The notes under the pieces are model-generated. The model saw only the letters and a program-made list of their open reading frames with translations, was not told where the DNA came from and made no database searches. 64,000 nt of DNA from Candidatus Tectimicrobiota bacterium (GTDB lineage: Bacteria > JACPUC01). Location: positions 90,856-154,855 of the forward strand of contig JACPUC010000010.1 in NCBI GenBank assembly GCA_016192455.1, read 5' to 3'. Position numbers and translations under genes: made by a program. Positions within the stretch are counted from its first letter, which is position 1, and each line of letters begins with the position of its first letter. Positions 29,135-38,948 of the stretch are shown one piece after another.

Positions 29135-30021
29135 CCCGCCTGCCTCCCTTCCGCCGGCTCCAACGGCTCCACCACAAGCTGCCCCAAGCCCACCACGGCG
29201 CCCTTGCCGAGGTGCAGCCATTGGGCGGCGGCGAGCAGGGGCCAGAGATCGCCGGGGCCCTCTGGCAGATCGAGGTGTCCGGTTACGCCGCGCATCTCGA
29301 TCTCGCTCTGCTGGCGGGCGGAGTAACGCACCAAATCGAGGCGCTCACCCTGCCAGGGCAACGTGGCGATACTCTGCGCCAGGTCGAGGAGCTGCGGGCG
29401 CAAGGCTGCAAGCTGTTCCTGGTCTTCCGGGGTGAGAAGGGGCTGGAGGCGGCGGGCGCCGGCCACCACGAGGTCGGCCAGAGTGGGATGGGCGAGCAGA
29501 CGGTGACGGCGCAGCAGCCGCAGCGGGGCGGGAAAGGTGAGGCGGCAGGGGGTGCTTGCGGGTGGACCAGCGAGGGGCCAGGCGGCTTCGCTGAGGGGCC
29601 AGGCGGTGTCGGCGCCACTGCTTTCGCAAGGCTGGCCATCAGGACCAAGCAGCCGTAACACCCGGACGTGGAACCGCTGGCGGTCGGGACCAAGCCCCAT
29701 GCCGGAGGCGATGTCCCAGGCGCGCAGTAAAAGGGCATCGTGCCGCAGGCCGGCGCCGAAGGAGACCCACTCCAGGGCCGGCGCATCCTCTGGATCGTAC
29801 GGGGCGGGACGCAGGATAAACGCCGGCGAGCGCCGCGTGGACCGGCCCTCACCTTCGAAGACAGTGAGATAGGCTTGAGAATCGAGGTCGTGCAGCGCTG
29901 CCCCCCAGACGCCGCGCAACATCGGCGCCGTGGCCTGCACGCCTGGGGTGCTCAGCGACAGGCGACGCGGCAGGACACGGATGCCGGTAAGCAACCTGCG
30001 CAGCGAGGATTCAAGCGTCAC
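29131..30021 (-). CDS. cas6: CRISPR pre-crRNA endoribonuclease Cas6
   Basis: MLRGVWG, PAFILRP, R-Y-S-x-RQ..MRGVTG and the C-terminal G-rich loop LHLGKGAVVGLGQ; adjacent to the array. Confidence 0.85.
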   Translation of the reverse strand: MTLESSLRRLLTGIRVLPRRLSLSTPGVQATAPMLRGVWGAALHDLDSQAYLTVFEGEGRSTRRSPAFILRPAPYDPEDAPALEWVSFGAGLRHDALLLRAWDIASGMGLGPDRQRFHVRVLRLLGPDGQPCESSGADTAWPLSEAAWPLAGPPASTPCRLTFPAPLRLLRRHRLLAHPTLADLVVAGARRLQPLLTPEDQEQLAALRPQLLDLAQSIATLPWQGERLDLVRYSARQQSEIEMRGVTGHLDLPEGPGDLWPLLAAAQWLHLGKGAVVGLGQLVVEPLEPAEGRQAG

Positions 30022-30202
30022 GCCACAATCCCCTCAAGAACGGGGCTCCCTTCTCATTTGCTGAATACCCACCCGGCTGACCGGCTCCATTCTCCCCGCT
30101 TGTAGTCTCCTCTAAACCTGTCTAAACCTGGCTTTCTTTCAAGGGCCCGCCGCGGGGCGCCGCCCCGCACCCCGCTGGGGTCATCGACCCCAGACCCCAC
30201 TA

Positions 30203-30699
30203 CTTTCAATCCCCTCTAAAGCGGGGCATCTTCTGCAACGACATCAAAAAGCAGCTTTCAATGACGCTGGAACTTCTGGAAGAGTTTCAATCCCCTCTAA
30301 AGCGGGGCATCTTCTGCAACGAAAATAGCCCGCTGGGAACGATTAGCTGACGATTTCAGTTTCAATCCCCTCTAAAGCGGGGCATCTTCTGCAACGGAAC
30401 GAAGGAGCTGTCCAAGGGTTCATCAGCTCGTGGACGTTTCAATCCCCTCTAAAGCGGGGCATCTTCTGCAACCGGGATCAGCACTGCTCCGCCCCGTCCG
30501 AAGAGCTCCTGCGTTTCAATCCCCTCTAAAGCGGGGCATCTTCTGCAACCTGGGCGATACGAACTTGGTTCGCCGCCAACTGCCGGGTTTCAATCCCCTC
30601 TAAAGCGGGGCATCTTCTGCAACAAGACCTAGCAGGGATGGGAAGGACATGAGAGCGACTGAGTTTCAATCCCCTCTAAAGCGGGGCATCTTCTGCAAC
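30203..30699 (-). CRISPR. CRISPR array: 7 x 37-bp repeats and 6 spacers (44, 38, 40, 40, 37, 39 bp)
   Basis: Repeat (minus strand) is GTTGCAGAAGATGCCCCGCTTTAGAGGGGATTGAAAC, starting at + positions 30203, 30284, 30359, 30436, 30513, 30587 and 30663. The 30203 copy has a terminal mismatch, marking the trailer end. Confidence 0.98.
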
Positions 30700-30900
30700 C
30701 GCGGTTCCTGGAATCCCTTGCTTGCAAAAGGGTTGGGGAGACGATTTCCGTAACCATCCGAAAACCCTTCTTGAAGGGCCGGCATCCTCCTCGACGCGGC
30801 TCCTCAAGATTTCGGCAAGCCATTAATTCGCATCCGCTTCCGCCGTTTCCGTAACCTCCCCCCGAAAACGGGGCTGAAGAGGTTACGGAAGTGTTGCAGG
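30700..30900 (-). promoter_or_regulatory. CRISPR leader
   Basis: Non-coding DNA between cas2 and the intact end repeat, with repeated TTTCCGTAACC motifs. Confidence 0.65.
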
Positions 30901-30982
30901 TTACCCCACCCGGGGCAACTCGTGGCGGCCTTCTTCACGCGCACGGCACGCCACGCTTCTTCTCGTTCCCTTCACCAATACG

Positions 30983-31279
30983 CTACACGATGAAGACGAT
31001 CTCCTCGCCCGGCGCCTCGTCGCTCCCTTGTCCGACCCGCCAGCTCTTGCGGGCGCAGGCCGCGCAGAGGGGGTAGATGGCGAGGCGATCCTCTTCCAGG
31101 TTGATGAGCTTCGCTGCCTGCTGGCGCATCTTGTCAAAGAGCGCGCGGTCGAGGACCGCCTCGAAGATGCTATACTGCACCCGGTCGCCGTAGGCGTCAA
31201 GCAGTTTTGCCAGGCTGGCGCGGCGCTTGTCGTCGGGTACGTCGTAGCAGATGACGTAGCGCGTGGCGTCATCGGTCAT
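30983..31279 (-). CDS. cas2: CRISPR-associated Cas2
   Basis: YVICYDVPDDKRR...GDRVQYSIFE. Confidence 0.95.
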   Translation of the reverse strand: MTDDATRYVICYDVPDDKRRASLAKLLDAYGDRVQYSIFEAVLDRALFDKMRQQAAKLINLEEDRLAIYPLCAACARKSWRVGQGSDEAPGEEIVFIV

Positions 31280-31284
31280 GGCGC

Positions 31285-32325
31285 TCAGCCCCCATAGCGG
31301 AACGGCTGGTAGGGTTCGCCGCCGCGCAGGCTGACGGCGAGGCGCTCCACCTGGCGGCGCAGCAGGGCGGTGGGTTCAATCTTTGCGTCGCTCTCCTGTT
31401 CGCGCAGGGGGCGCAGGAGGTGTTTCTCCCACTCGCGGAAGAAGAGGCGCAGGCCGTCGCGCGTCAGGCGCACGCCGCCGGGGCGCTCGGCATCGGCCTC
31501 GAAGTGCTCCGGACGAAGAATGCGCAGATTGCAGGCGCGCAGCACGAAGCGGTCCACGAGGGGATGGCGCAGCTCTTCGAGCAGGTCGAGGGCAAGGCTG
31601 GGGCGGCCGGGCCGCACCTCGTGGAAGAAGCCGAGGGCGGGGTCGAGACCGCGCGCCTCGATCAGTCCCGCCAGCAGATTGCCGAGCAGCACGTAGCCGA
31701 AGGAAAGGAGGGCGTTGGCCGGGTCGGGGGGCGGGCGGCGCTGGCGCCCGGTGAAGGGGATGTCGGCGCGGAAGGCGTTGCCGAGGGCCTGGAAGTAGGT
31801 GTGGGCGCCGGCGCCCTCGAGGCCGAGGAGCCTGCCGCTCTCGTCCTGCGCGGCATCTTCTCTGGATGCGGGCGGGACGCCCGCGCTCCCGCCACTTTCG
31901 ACCTGGTCGACCATCTCCTTGAGCCGGGCGATGGCGTCGGCGAGGCTGGGGGCGTCGGCCTCGTTGCTCTGGATGTCGCGCAGCACCTCGCGGGCGTTGG
32001 CCAGCTTGGCGGCGACCACGGCGCGGGCGCGGCGCAGGCGGCGGGCGGGATCGTACGCGGTTTCGTACTGGCGCAGGCGCAGGTCGGCGGAGCGCGGCAT
32101 CTCCGGCGCGAGGCGGCCGAGGTAGCCGCCGTCCCAGGCGAACCAGGCGACGCCGATGCCGCGTTGCAGGCAGAAGCGGGTGGCGTCGGCGGTGATGTGG
32201 ACGCGCACGACGAGGGCGATGATCTCCAGGCGGTGCGGCTCCACCTCGATGAGGGTGCGGCGGCGTTCCGGCTCGGGGCCGGCGGGGCCGTCGGGGTTCA
32301 CCTCGGCGGTGACGACGAGGCGCAG
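31285..32325 (-). pseudogene. cas1: Cas1, 5'-truncated at an IS1380 remnant
   Basis: LLGLEG...YF, RRPPPDPANALLSFGY, GLDPALGFFH and SLALDLLEELR. The sequence upstream of LRLVVTAE is antisense transposase. Confidence 0.88.
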
Positions 32326-33479
32326 CGCCGCCACGGGGTGGAGCCGACCTACCGCAGCGTGAAGGGCTTCCAGCCGCTGCACCTCACCTGGGGGCGCTTC
32401 ATCATCGACGTCGTCTTCCGCGGCGGCAGCAAGCACAGCAACCACGCCGACACCGCGGCGCACCTGCTGCGCCACGTCGTGCAGCTCATCCACGGCGCTA
32501 CCGGCGGAACGTCTCCATCATCGTGCGCAGCGACAGCGGCTTCTTCGACCAGAAGCTCTTCCGCCTCTGCGAGGACCTCGGCATCGGCTACGTCTGCGTC
32601 GGCAGGCTCTTCGACGGCCTGAAGGAGCGCCTCGCCGGCCTCGACCCCTCTGCCTGGCGCCACTACCAGAACCGCTCCCAGGCCTGGGACTACGTCGAGG
32701 TCGCCGACCGCCGCGGCTCCTGGCGTCGGATTCGCCGCGCCCTCTACTGCCGCCCGCGCTACGACGGCGCCCAGCTCCTGCTGGAGTTCGCGCGCCCCGA
32801 GACCCTCCTCTACACCAACCTCGGCCAGGAGCAGGTCATCGACGCGCACCTCAAGGACGCCGGCCTTGCGAGCTGGACCGCCGCCGAGCAGGTCATCGAG
32901 CTGGCCCACGGACGCGGCCGCGACGAGCTCGCGCGCCGGGCGCTGAAGGACTTCGCCAGCGAGACGCTCCCCTTCCTGCGCTTCGCCCCCAACGCCGCCT
33001 TCTACGCGACGATGCTCCTCGCCTTCGCCCTCTCCGAAGCCTTCAAGGAGGACGTCACCGCCCCCGTCGTGCCGGTCACCGCCTACCCCACGACGCTGCG
33101 CCGCACCCTCATCGACATCGCCGCCAAGATCGTCCGCCGCGGCGGCAGGATCATCCTCAAGGTCACCCCGGCTGCCTGGCAGCGCCTGCGCATAGCCGAC
33201 CTCTGGCGCCGCAGCGGCAGCCCGCCGCGCTTCGCCTGGACGACGTAGCCCGCGGCGCAGCACCCCACCACGATCCAGGAGGCTGAACCAGGAGCCTCTA
33301 GAGGGAGTGATCTGCCTCGCAAGGCAGCTCCGCGCTCATCTCGCCCTCTCGGCGCTCCTCTGCGGGGCGCCGGGATCACCCAAAAGGCGAATCCTCGCTC
33401 CTCACGCGCCGGCACCTGCTGCCATGGCGCCGCACAAGCCTCTCTCTACTACCTGTGCGCAGGAATCGCTCAATTTAGG
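32311..33479 (+). mobile_element. IS1380 family remnant (5'-truncated, frameshifted transposase; right IR present)
   Basis: DEAQRRHGVEPTYRSVKGFQPLHLTW..HSNH, then a frame change near 32500 to RSDSGFFDQ...RGRDEL..KDF..NAAFY..LIDIAAKIV (stop 33248). The right end is ATCGCTCAATTTAGG. Confidence 0.8.
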
Positions 33480-33505
33480 ATCGTAGCTCGTCTCCTTGGT
33501 CAAGG

Positions 33506-36500
33506 CTATTCTCTAATATCAATGTTCGGCCAATAGGCAACGTTTCCGGTGGAGTCGGTGGCTTTGATTCCGAAGCCGGGAACGCTGAATTCACCAGCGG
33601 GCAATGCAGCAGCTGGAATTCCTGGAATGATTACCGTGTAGGTGCCATCGCCGTCCTCATCGAGCAATTCGAGGAGTTCCTGGTCCGGCTCACTACCGCT
33701 TCCTTGCAAGATAGCAGCAACTCTCAAGGGATGTGTACCGCCGAGGACCTGTGCCTGGATCGTAAGAATACCACCCGCGGAATCAGTAAGTTGGTAGGGG
33801 CTGCGCCCGAAGCCAGCGTTCAAGATAACAGGCAACTCTAGTGTTTCGTCAGGCAGTGGCAGCGGCTGAACGCTAGGCAAGAACGCTGGTTGGCTTTCAC
33901 TGACGTTGAGGGCGGGCCACGTGCCCTTATTTCCATCCCGGTCGATGGCACGAATGGTCAGGCCTGGCACTTGCAAGCGTCCAATAGGCAAGCCAGGTGG
34001 CAGGTCGAGCTTGAACTCAAAGATGCCGTCATCATCCGTGACGGTCAGCTCTCCAAAGTTCTGCTGTACGAAGTTGCCGAAGGGACCTTGTACGTCCAGG
34101 AAGAACTCGACACTTAGTTCCGAGGTGGGGGCGTCATCAGCTACTTGGGCCTGGAGGGTAATGGTGCCGCCGGCCGTTGAACTGTACATCAGCGGAGATA
34201 GTCCCCAGCCCGCCGTGGTGATCACCGGTATCTGCTCCGCCGGTGTCGCCGCGGCCACGGTAATGCGTGTGCCGGTAGTGAGGCCGGGGTTGTTACGATC
34301 GATGACCACTAACGTAGCTGCTCCCGTTCCTTGCCCGGCAATGAACAGGTTGGTGCGGCCTTCGGTACTCTGAAGGCTGCCGAGGGCCACGTCACCTTCA
34401 AACGTCCAACGGAACGAGCCGCTGCCGCCGCTGACCGTGAACGTAATCGTTCGGCCTACCAGCAGCGTCGGGTCGGAGGGGCTGAGGACGAGCTGCCCTG
34501 TCGGGGCGCCGACATCGATCCTGGCGCTGCCTGTTTCACCAGAGCTGTCGTGGACGACCAGGTCATACGTGCCGGGGAAGTTCGGCGCCGTATACAGAAC
34601 AGTGGCATTTGACGTTGTAGTAATGGCGCCGGCGTCCGCGGTCCATGCGTAGGGGAGGAGGCCGCCGACGCCCAAGAATTCTATCTGTTGGCCCACGCTG
34701 AGCTCGGTGAATGCCGGGCTGATCTGCACCGCATTCGTCACCACCCGGATGACAGCCGCCACTTGGCGCCCAGCCGAATCGTTGAGGAACAGACTGAAGA
34801 GGCCGGCGCGTTCCGGGGCCGTATAGACCACGCGTGCGCCGGTCACCGCATCAAGGTTGCCGGCTTGCACGGTCCAGGTGTAGTCGCCGCTGCCGCCCAG
34901 GGCAGCGAAGGTGCGTTCTTCGTGCGGGCGCAGACTGGCGCTCGCCGGTGTAACCCGGAGGTCGCCTACCACGGTGTTGGTGGCGAAGGCGGCGTTGCCC
35001 GCCGTGTCGGTGACAGTGAGGAGGAATCCGCCGATGATTCGTGGGGCCGTGTAAGTGACGAGCGTGCCGCTTGTCGTGTTGAGGTCTCCCCGCTGCGCCG
35101 ACCACGAGTATGATCCAGTGCCACCAAGCGCCGTGAAGTGTGCCTGATCTCCCGGCTCAAGCTCAACCAGCTCAGGTGTTAGGCGCAGTTCCGTGCCGAT
35201 GACATGAACGGTTGCCATGGCCGTCCTCCCGGCCTCGTCGGTGGCGATCACGCTGAACACACCGCCGGTCTGGGGAGGCGTATAGGTGACCGACGCACCG
35301 CTTGTGGCGCTGAGATCGCCCGCCGTGGCCCGCCAGGTAGCAGCGCCGGCGGGATTTGTAGCAGTGAACTGCTGTGTGACGCCAACCCGTAACGTTGCCA
35401 GCCCGGGGGTCACTCTGAGCGCCGCCGCCACGGTCACCGTGGCTGTCGCCGACAAGCCGTTCGCATCAAACACCGCCACCTCGAAGCGGCCCGTTGATGG
35501 GGGAGCCGTATAGGTTACCTGGCGGCCTTGAGTACTTGCCAGTTCGCCGTCAGTCGCCGTCCAGGCGAACGGTTCTTGTCCGCCGGCGGCGCGGAACACG
35601 CGCGTCTCGCCAGGTGCAAGCCGTGGCGACTCAGGGCTGATCAGGAAACGCTCGCTGACGACAACCGTCGTCGTTGCCGAGGCTGCTTCACCCGCCTCAT
35701 TCGTCGCGGTGAGGACTACCGTATACGTTCCTGGCTCAGAGTAAGTATGCGATGCGTTAGCTCCCGAACTTGTCGCGCCATCACCAAAGCTCCAGTTCAA
35801 GGTCATCTGTTGGTTCTGAGGATCACTCACCTGGCTAGAGAATTGTACACTGAGCGGGGCACTCCCTGATGATGGATTGGCGTGCACCGTTACTGATGGA
35901 GCAAGCAAGGATTTCTCGACAGTTATCCCGTAGATACTGAACGCTGGATCCTGGCTTCCGGCGGTTTCATTCGATGTATCACGAACGCTGACCTCAAGGA
36001 GGTTTGATGTATTCGAGATGTCGAACGATAGAAGGTCAAGAACCACCGTGACCCTCTCGTCTGGCGTGCTACAGCGATAAACCTCTCTAACATTTCTACT
36101 CTGAAAAACATCAATAACTCCAGAGACTCCAACAGCATTATCCCGAAGATTCTCGCTCACAATCAGGACAACCCTCTCCTCCAAACCATCCGCAAACCTT
36201 AATAGCAGCTCGCCTACCTGCTGGTTGCGAAATCGTTCAAACGTGTTCCCGCCATTTAAAAGGATGTGAACCCTTCTTGCCTTCGCGACATTCGTTGGTA
36301 TAGTTACACTCTCGGGAAAATGTGGGAAAACGGATGCCTGCGTTGAAACATAGTTTTGGGTAACTCGAGGAATTGTAAATGGAATACCACCAAACGAGGT
36401 CCTACCGATAGGAATATCCTTGAACAGTGCACTGATATCTCGATTCGCCACCCCCCGGAGGTCGAGAGATACAAATTCCCGAGCAGGATCCTCAGCAGCG

Positions 36501-38167
36501 AGAACATCTACGCCTTTCCCGGCAAGCTGGATAACGAGATCCTCCTGTTGTGAATTGTCACCACGAATCACAATACTATCGCTGAAACAGCCGGCAGAGC
36601 TCGGCGTAAAGTTTACCGTGAAAGTAAGTGATCCCCGAGGTGCAATAGTCGTTGGGAGGGGAGGCTGACTCTGCAGGGAAAACGGTGCGCGCGGCGGTAT
36701 GAGGTTCGTTACGATTAAGCCCATCATCTCCGGGTTGCTAATGGTTATGCTGGCTGGTTCTGCCGTAGTACCTACCGGCACGGCGCCAAAATCGACGGTG
36801 CGAGGTGTAACAGAGGCTTGCGCTAGGCTAGAGGCGCCTAGCCTCGACTCTGCGAACGTAACCTTGCGAATACGATGGTGCCGACTATCAGCGATAAACA
36901 AGCTGCCATCAGCTGCGAGAGTAAGACTAATAGGAAAATCAAGCCGCGCGCTGGTTGCTGGACCGCCGTCGCCAAGAACGGTTAGAGGATCCCCTCCCCC
37001 CGCAACGGTGCTAATGATTCCCGCTGGATCTACTTTGCGGATGAGAGCAAAGGCAGAGGAAAAGTAGAAACTGCCATCAGGACCCACTGCAATTCCGCTG
37101 GCTGGGCCAATGCTGGTGAGTGTAGCGGGACCGCCATCACTACCTGGAGTCCTATCTCCAGTCCCCGCAACGGTTGTAATGATACCGTGGGGATCAACCT
37201 TACGGATGCGAAAGTCTCGCTCATCAGCAATGAAGAGGCTTCCGTCAGGGCCTAGGGCAATGCCGGTTGGGAACTTGATCCTGGCGCTGGTAGCTGGACC
37301 CCCGTCACCATTACCGTCTTCTGGCTCGCCTCCGCCTGCCACGGTAGTGATGATTCCCTGTCGATCTACCTTTCGAATTCTCCTGCCTTCAGCAATGAAG
37401 AGGCTGCCGTCCGGGGCAATCGCGATGTCATAAGTCAAATTGAAAAATGCAATGGTCGCCGGTTCACCGTCCCGAGGATCCTGCAGTGAAAGAGGCACAC
37501 CGACTTCAGGTTCTATCCCACCGGCGACGGTCGTGATGATTCCATCTAAATCCACCTTCCGAATGCGTTGGTTGAACTCGTCAGCAATAAAGATTGAACC
37601 GTCAGAGCCGATGGCAACGCCAGATGGTGCATTCAGGCAAGCACTCGTAGCCGCACCGCCATCGCCCCCGAAATCCCCCTCGAAAAAACCGAAGTGACAT
37701 TCCATACCTCCGCCGGCTATGGTCGTAATGATTCCCTCCGGATCCACTTTCCGAATGCGATGATTGTTCGTATCAGCGATGATGAGACTGCCATCAGGCG
37801 CTACCGCCACGTCGAAGGGGTCGTGCAGTTTGGCATCAGTGGCAAGCCCTCCATCTCCGCTGAAATTGAGCCCTTGAATAGAACCTATGGGACCACTGCC
37901 CGCCACAGTCGTGATGATACTCTCTTGGGAAAAAACAGGACCGTTACTGAAAAGAATCGACAGAATACCAAAGAACAACAGGCTGAAGCCTTGGCGCCCT
38001 CTCGAGGGATGGGGCTGAGAGGGTGGTGGTAAAGCAAAGGCGTTTTCCAAGCACTCACTTCGACTTTTGCTACGGCACATCTTCAGCATGTCGCAATATC
38101 GCACGATTCCGTTGAGCCGCAACATAGTGTGCTTTTCCCTTTGACCTTGCATACACGATGCTGGCAA
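33506..38167 (-). CDS. Giant secreted/surface protein: NHL-repeat propeller, ASH-type Ig, PKD, about 6 Ig-like repeats and a tandem C-terminal domain
   Basis: Repeated ITTVAG..GDGG.AT.A...P..IA..PDGSLFIAD..RIRKVD; WSFGDG..HTYSEPGTYTV; repeated VTP....L..GE...F.A.GG...W. The true start is probably downstream of 38167. Confidence 0.85.
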   Translation of the reverse strand: MPASCMQGQREKHTMLRLNGIVRYCDMLKMCRSKSRSECLENAFALPPPSQPHPSRGRQGFSLLFFGILSILFSNGPVFSQESIITTVAGSGPIGSIQGLNFSGDGGLATDAKLHDPFDVAVAPDGSLIIADTNNHRIRKVDPEGIITTIAGGGMECHFGFFEGDFGGDGGAATSACLNAPSGVAIGSDGSIFIADEFNQRIRKVDLDGIITTVAGGIEPEVGVPLSLQDPRDGEPATIAFFNLTYDIAIAPDGSLFIAEGRRIRKVDRQGIITTVAGGGEPEDGNGDGGPATSARIKFPTGIALGPDGSLFIADERDFRIRKVDPHGIITTVAGTGDRTPGSDGGPATLTSIGPASGIAVGPDGSFYFSSAFALIRKVDPAGIISTVAGGGDPLTVLGDGGPATSARLDFPISLTLAADGSLFIADSRHHRIRKVTFAESRLGASSLAQASVTPRTVDFGAVPVGTTAEPASITISNPEMMGLIVTNLIPPRAPFSLQSQPPLPTTIAPRGSLTFTVNFTPSSAGCFSDSIVIRGDNSQQEDLVIQLAGKGVDVLAAEDPAREFVSLDLRGVANRDISALFKDIPIGRTSFGGIPFTIPRVTQNYVSTQASVFPHFPESVTIPTNVAKARRVHILLNGGNTFERFRNQQVGELLLRFADGLEERVVLIVSENLRDNAVGVSGVIDVFQSRNVREVYRCSTPDERVTVVLDLLSFDISNTSNLLEVSVRDTSNETAGSQDPAFSIYGITVEKSLLAPSVTVHANPSSGSAPLSVQFSSQVSDPQNQQMTLNWSFGDGATSSGANASHTYSEPGTYTVVLTATNEAGEAASATTTVVVSERFLISPESPRLAPGETRVFRAAGGQEPFAWTATDGELASTQGRQVTYTAPPSTGRFEVAVFDANGLSATATVTVAAALRVTPGLATLRVGVTQQFTATNPAGAATWRATAGDLSATSGASVTYTPPQTGGVFSVIATDEAGRTAMATVHVIGTELRLTPELVELEPGDQAHFTALGGTGSYSWSAQRGDLNTTSGTLVTYTAPRIIGGFLLTVTDTAGNAAFATNTVVGDLRVTPASASLRPHEERTFAALGGSGDYTWTVQAGNLDAVTGARVVYTAPERAGLFSLFLNDSAGRQVAAVIRVVTNAVQISPAFTELSVGQQIEFLGVGGLLPYAWTADAGAITTTSNATVLYTAPNFPGTYDLVVHDSSGETGSARIDVGAPTGQLVLSPSDPTLLVGRTITFTVSGGSGSFRWTFEGDVALGSLQSTEGRTNLFIAGQGTGAATLVVIDRNNPGLTTGTRITVAAATPAEQIPVITTAGWGLSPLMYSSTAGGTITLQAQVADDAPTSELSVEFFLDVQGPFGNFVQQNFGELTVTDDDGIFEFKLDLPPGLPIGRLQVPGLTIRAIDRDGNKGTWPALNVSESQPAFLPSVQPLPLPDETLELPVILNAGFGRSPYQLTDSAGGILTIQAQVLGGTHPLRVAAILQGSGSEPDQELLELLDEDGDGTYTVIIPGIPAAALPAGEFSVPGFGIKATDSTGNVAYWPNIDIRE

Positions 38168-38271
38168 GAAGGTGAAATCGACATGATGACCACGATAATT
38201 TCATCTCCACTGATTTGCTGAATCAATGCGAATCCTGTGAAACAATTCGAGCGTTCACCGGCTTTAACCTC

Positions 38272-38818
38272 CCTAAGGTGAGCAATGTGTTCCTGGGAAA
38301 AGGGCCAACCTTTTGGTTACGATGGTGTAGACACACGAGTTACAACATCGCGGGAAGCTGACCACGTGCAACCCAAGAGGTGGAAACTTGAGCATGGCAC
38401 GACTCGCCTCCCGCAGCAATCCCCCAACGCCGCCTTCTACGCGAGGCTGCTCCCCACCTTCGTGCTCTCTGAGGCCTTCAAGGTGGACGTCAGCGCCCCT
38501 GTCGTGCCGGTCACCGCCTATCCCAGGAAGCGGTTCCGCACCCGCATCGACATCGCCGCCAAAATCGTCCGCCGCCGCGGCAGCCCGCCCAGCTTCGCTT
38601 CGACGACGTTGCCCGCAGCGCAGGCCGCACAACGATATCGGGAGACGTCCGCCTTGCAGCCCCCTTGGAGGGCGGGTCGCACCTGCTCGACGGCTCACTC
38701 ACGGTGCGCTCTTGACGGCTGTCGCCCCGCCACGGGGGAGCGGAGTAAAGTTGACGACGACAAAGGGGTGGACCAAGCTCCGAAATTCCCCCTACGCCGT
38801 AGAATCGATCGATTTAGG
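38272..38818 (+). mobile_element. Internally deleted IS1380 derivative (MITE-like, 547 bp)
   Basis: The left end CCTAAGGTGAGCAAT matches the reverse complement of the 33479 end (CCTAAATTGAGCGAT). The right end is GAATCGATCGATTTAGG. It retains the fragment PNAAFY..SEAFK.DV.APVVPVTAYP..IDIAAKIVRR. Confidence 0.75.
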
Positions 38819-38948
38819 GTTCCGTCAGATGCTAAGCCAAGAAGATAAACTTCTCCTCGATCAAGCGCAAGAGATTTGCCGATTTGCCTGACGCTTCGCT
38901 GGTGCCAGGGTTGGGCCAGCCGTAGCGCGACCCTGTCAAGGGGATCTC

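Noticed and set aside
30240-30283. Spacer 1 peptide (DIKKQLSMTLE) loosely resembles SILDQIKFQVE in the HTH gene at 54939-55472, suggesting self-targeting
   Set aside because: I see no nucleotide match, only a generic helical pattern. I noticed no spacer match elsewhere in the window, though this was checked by eye only.
31285-32493. 402-aa ORF taken as a full-length or fused Cas1
   Set aside because: Its first 56 or so residues are the antisense of the IS1380 transposase.
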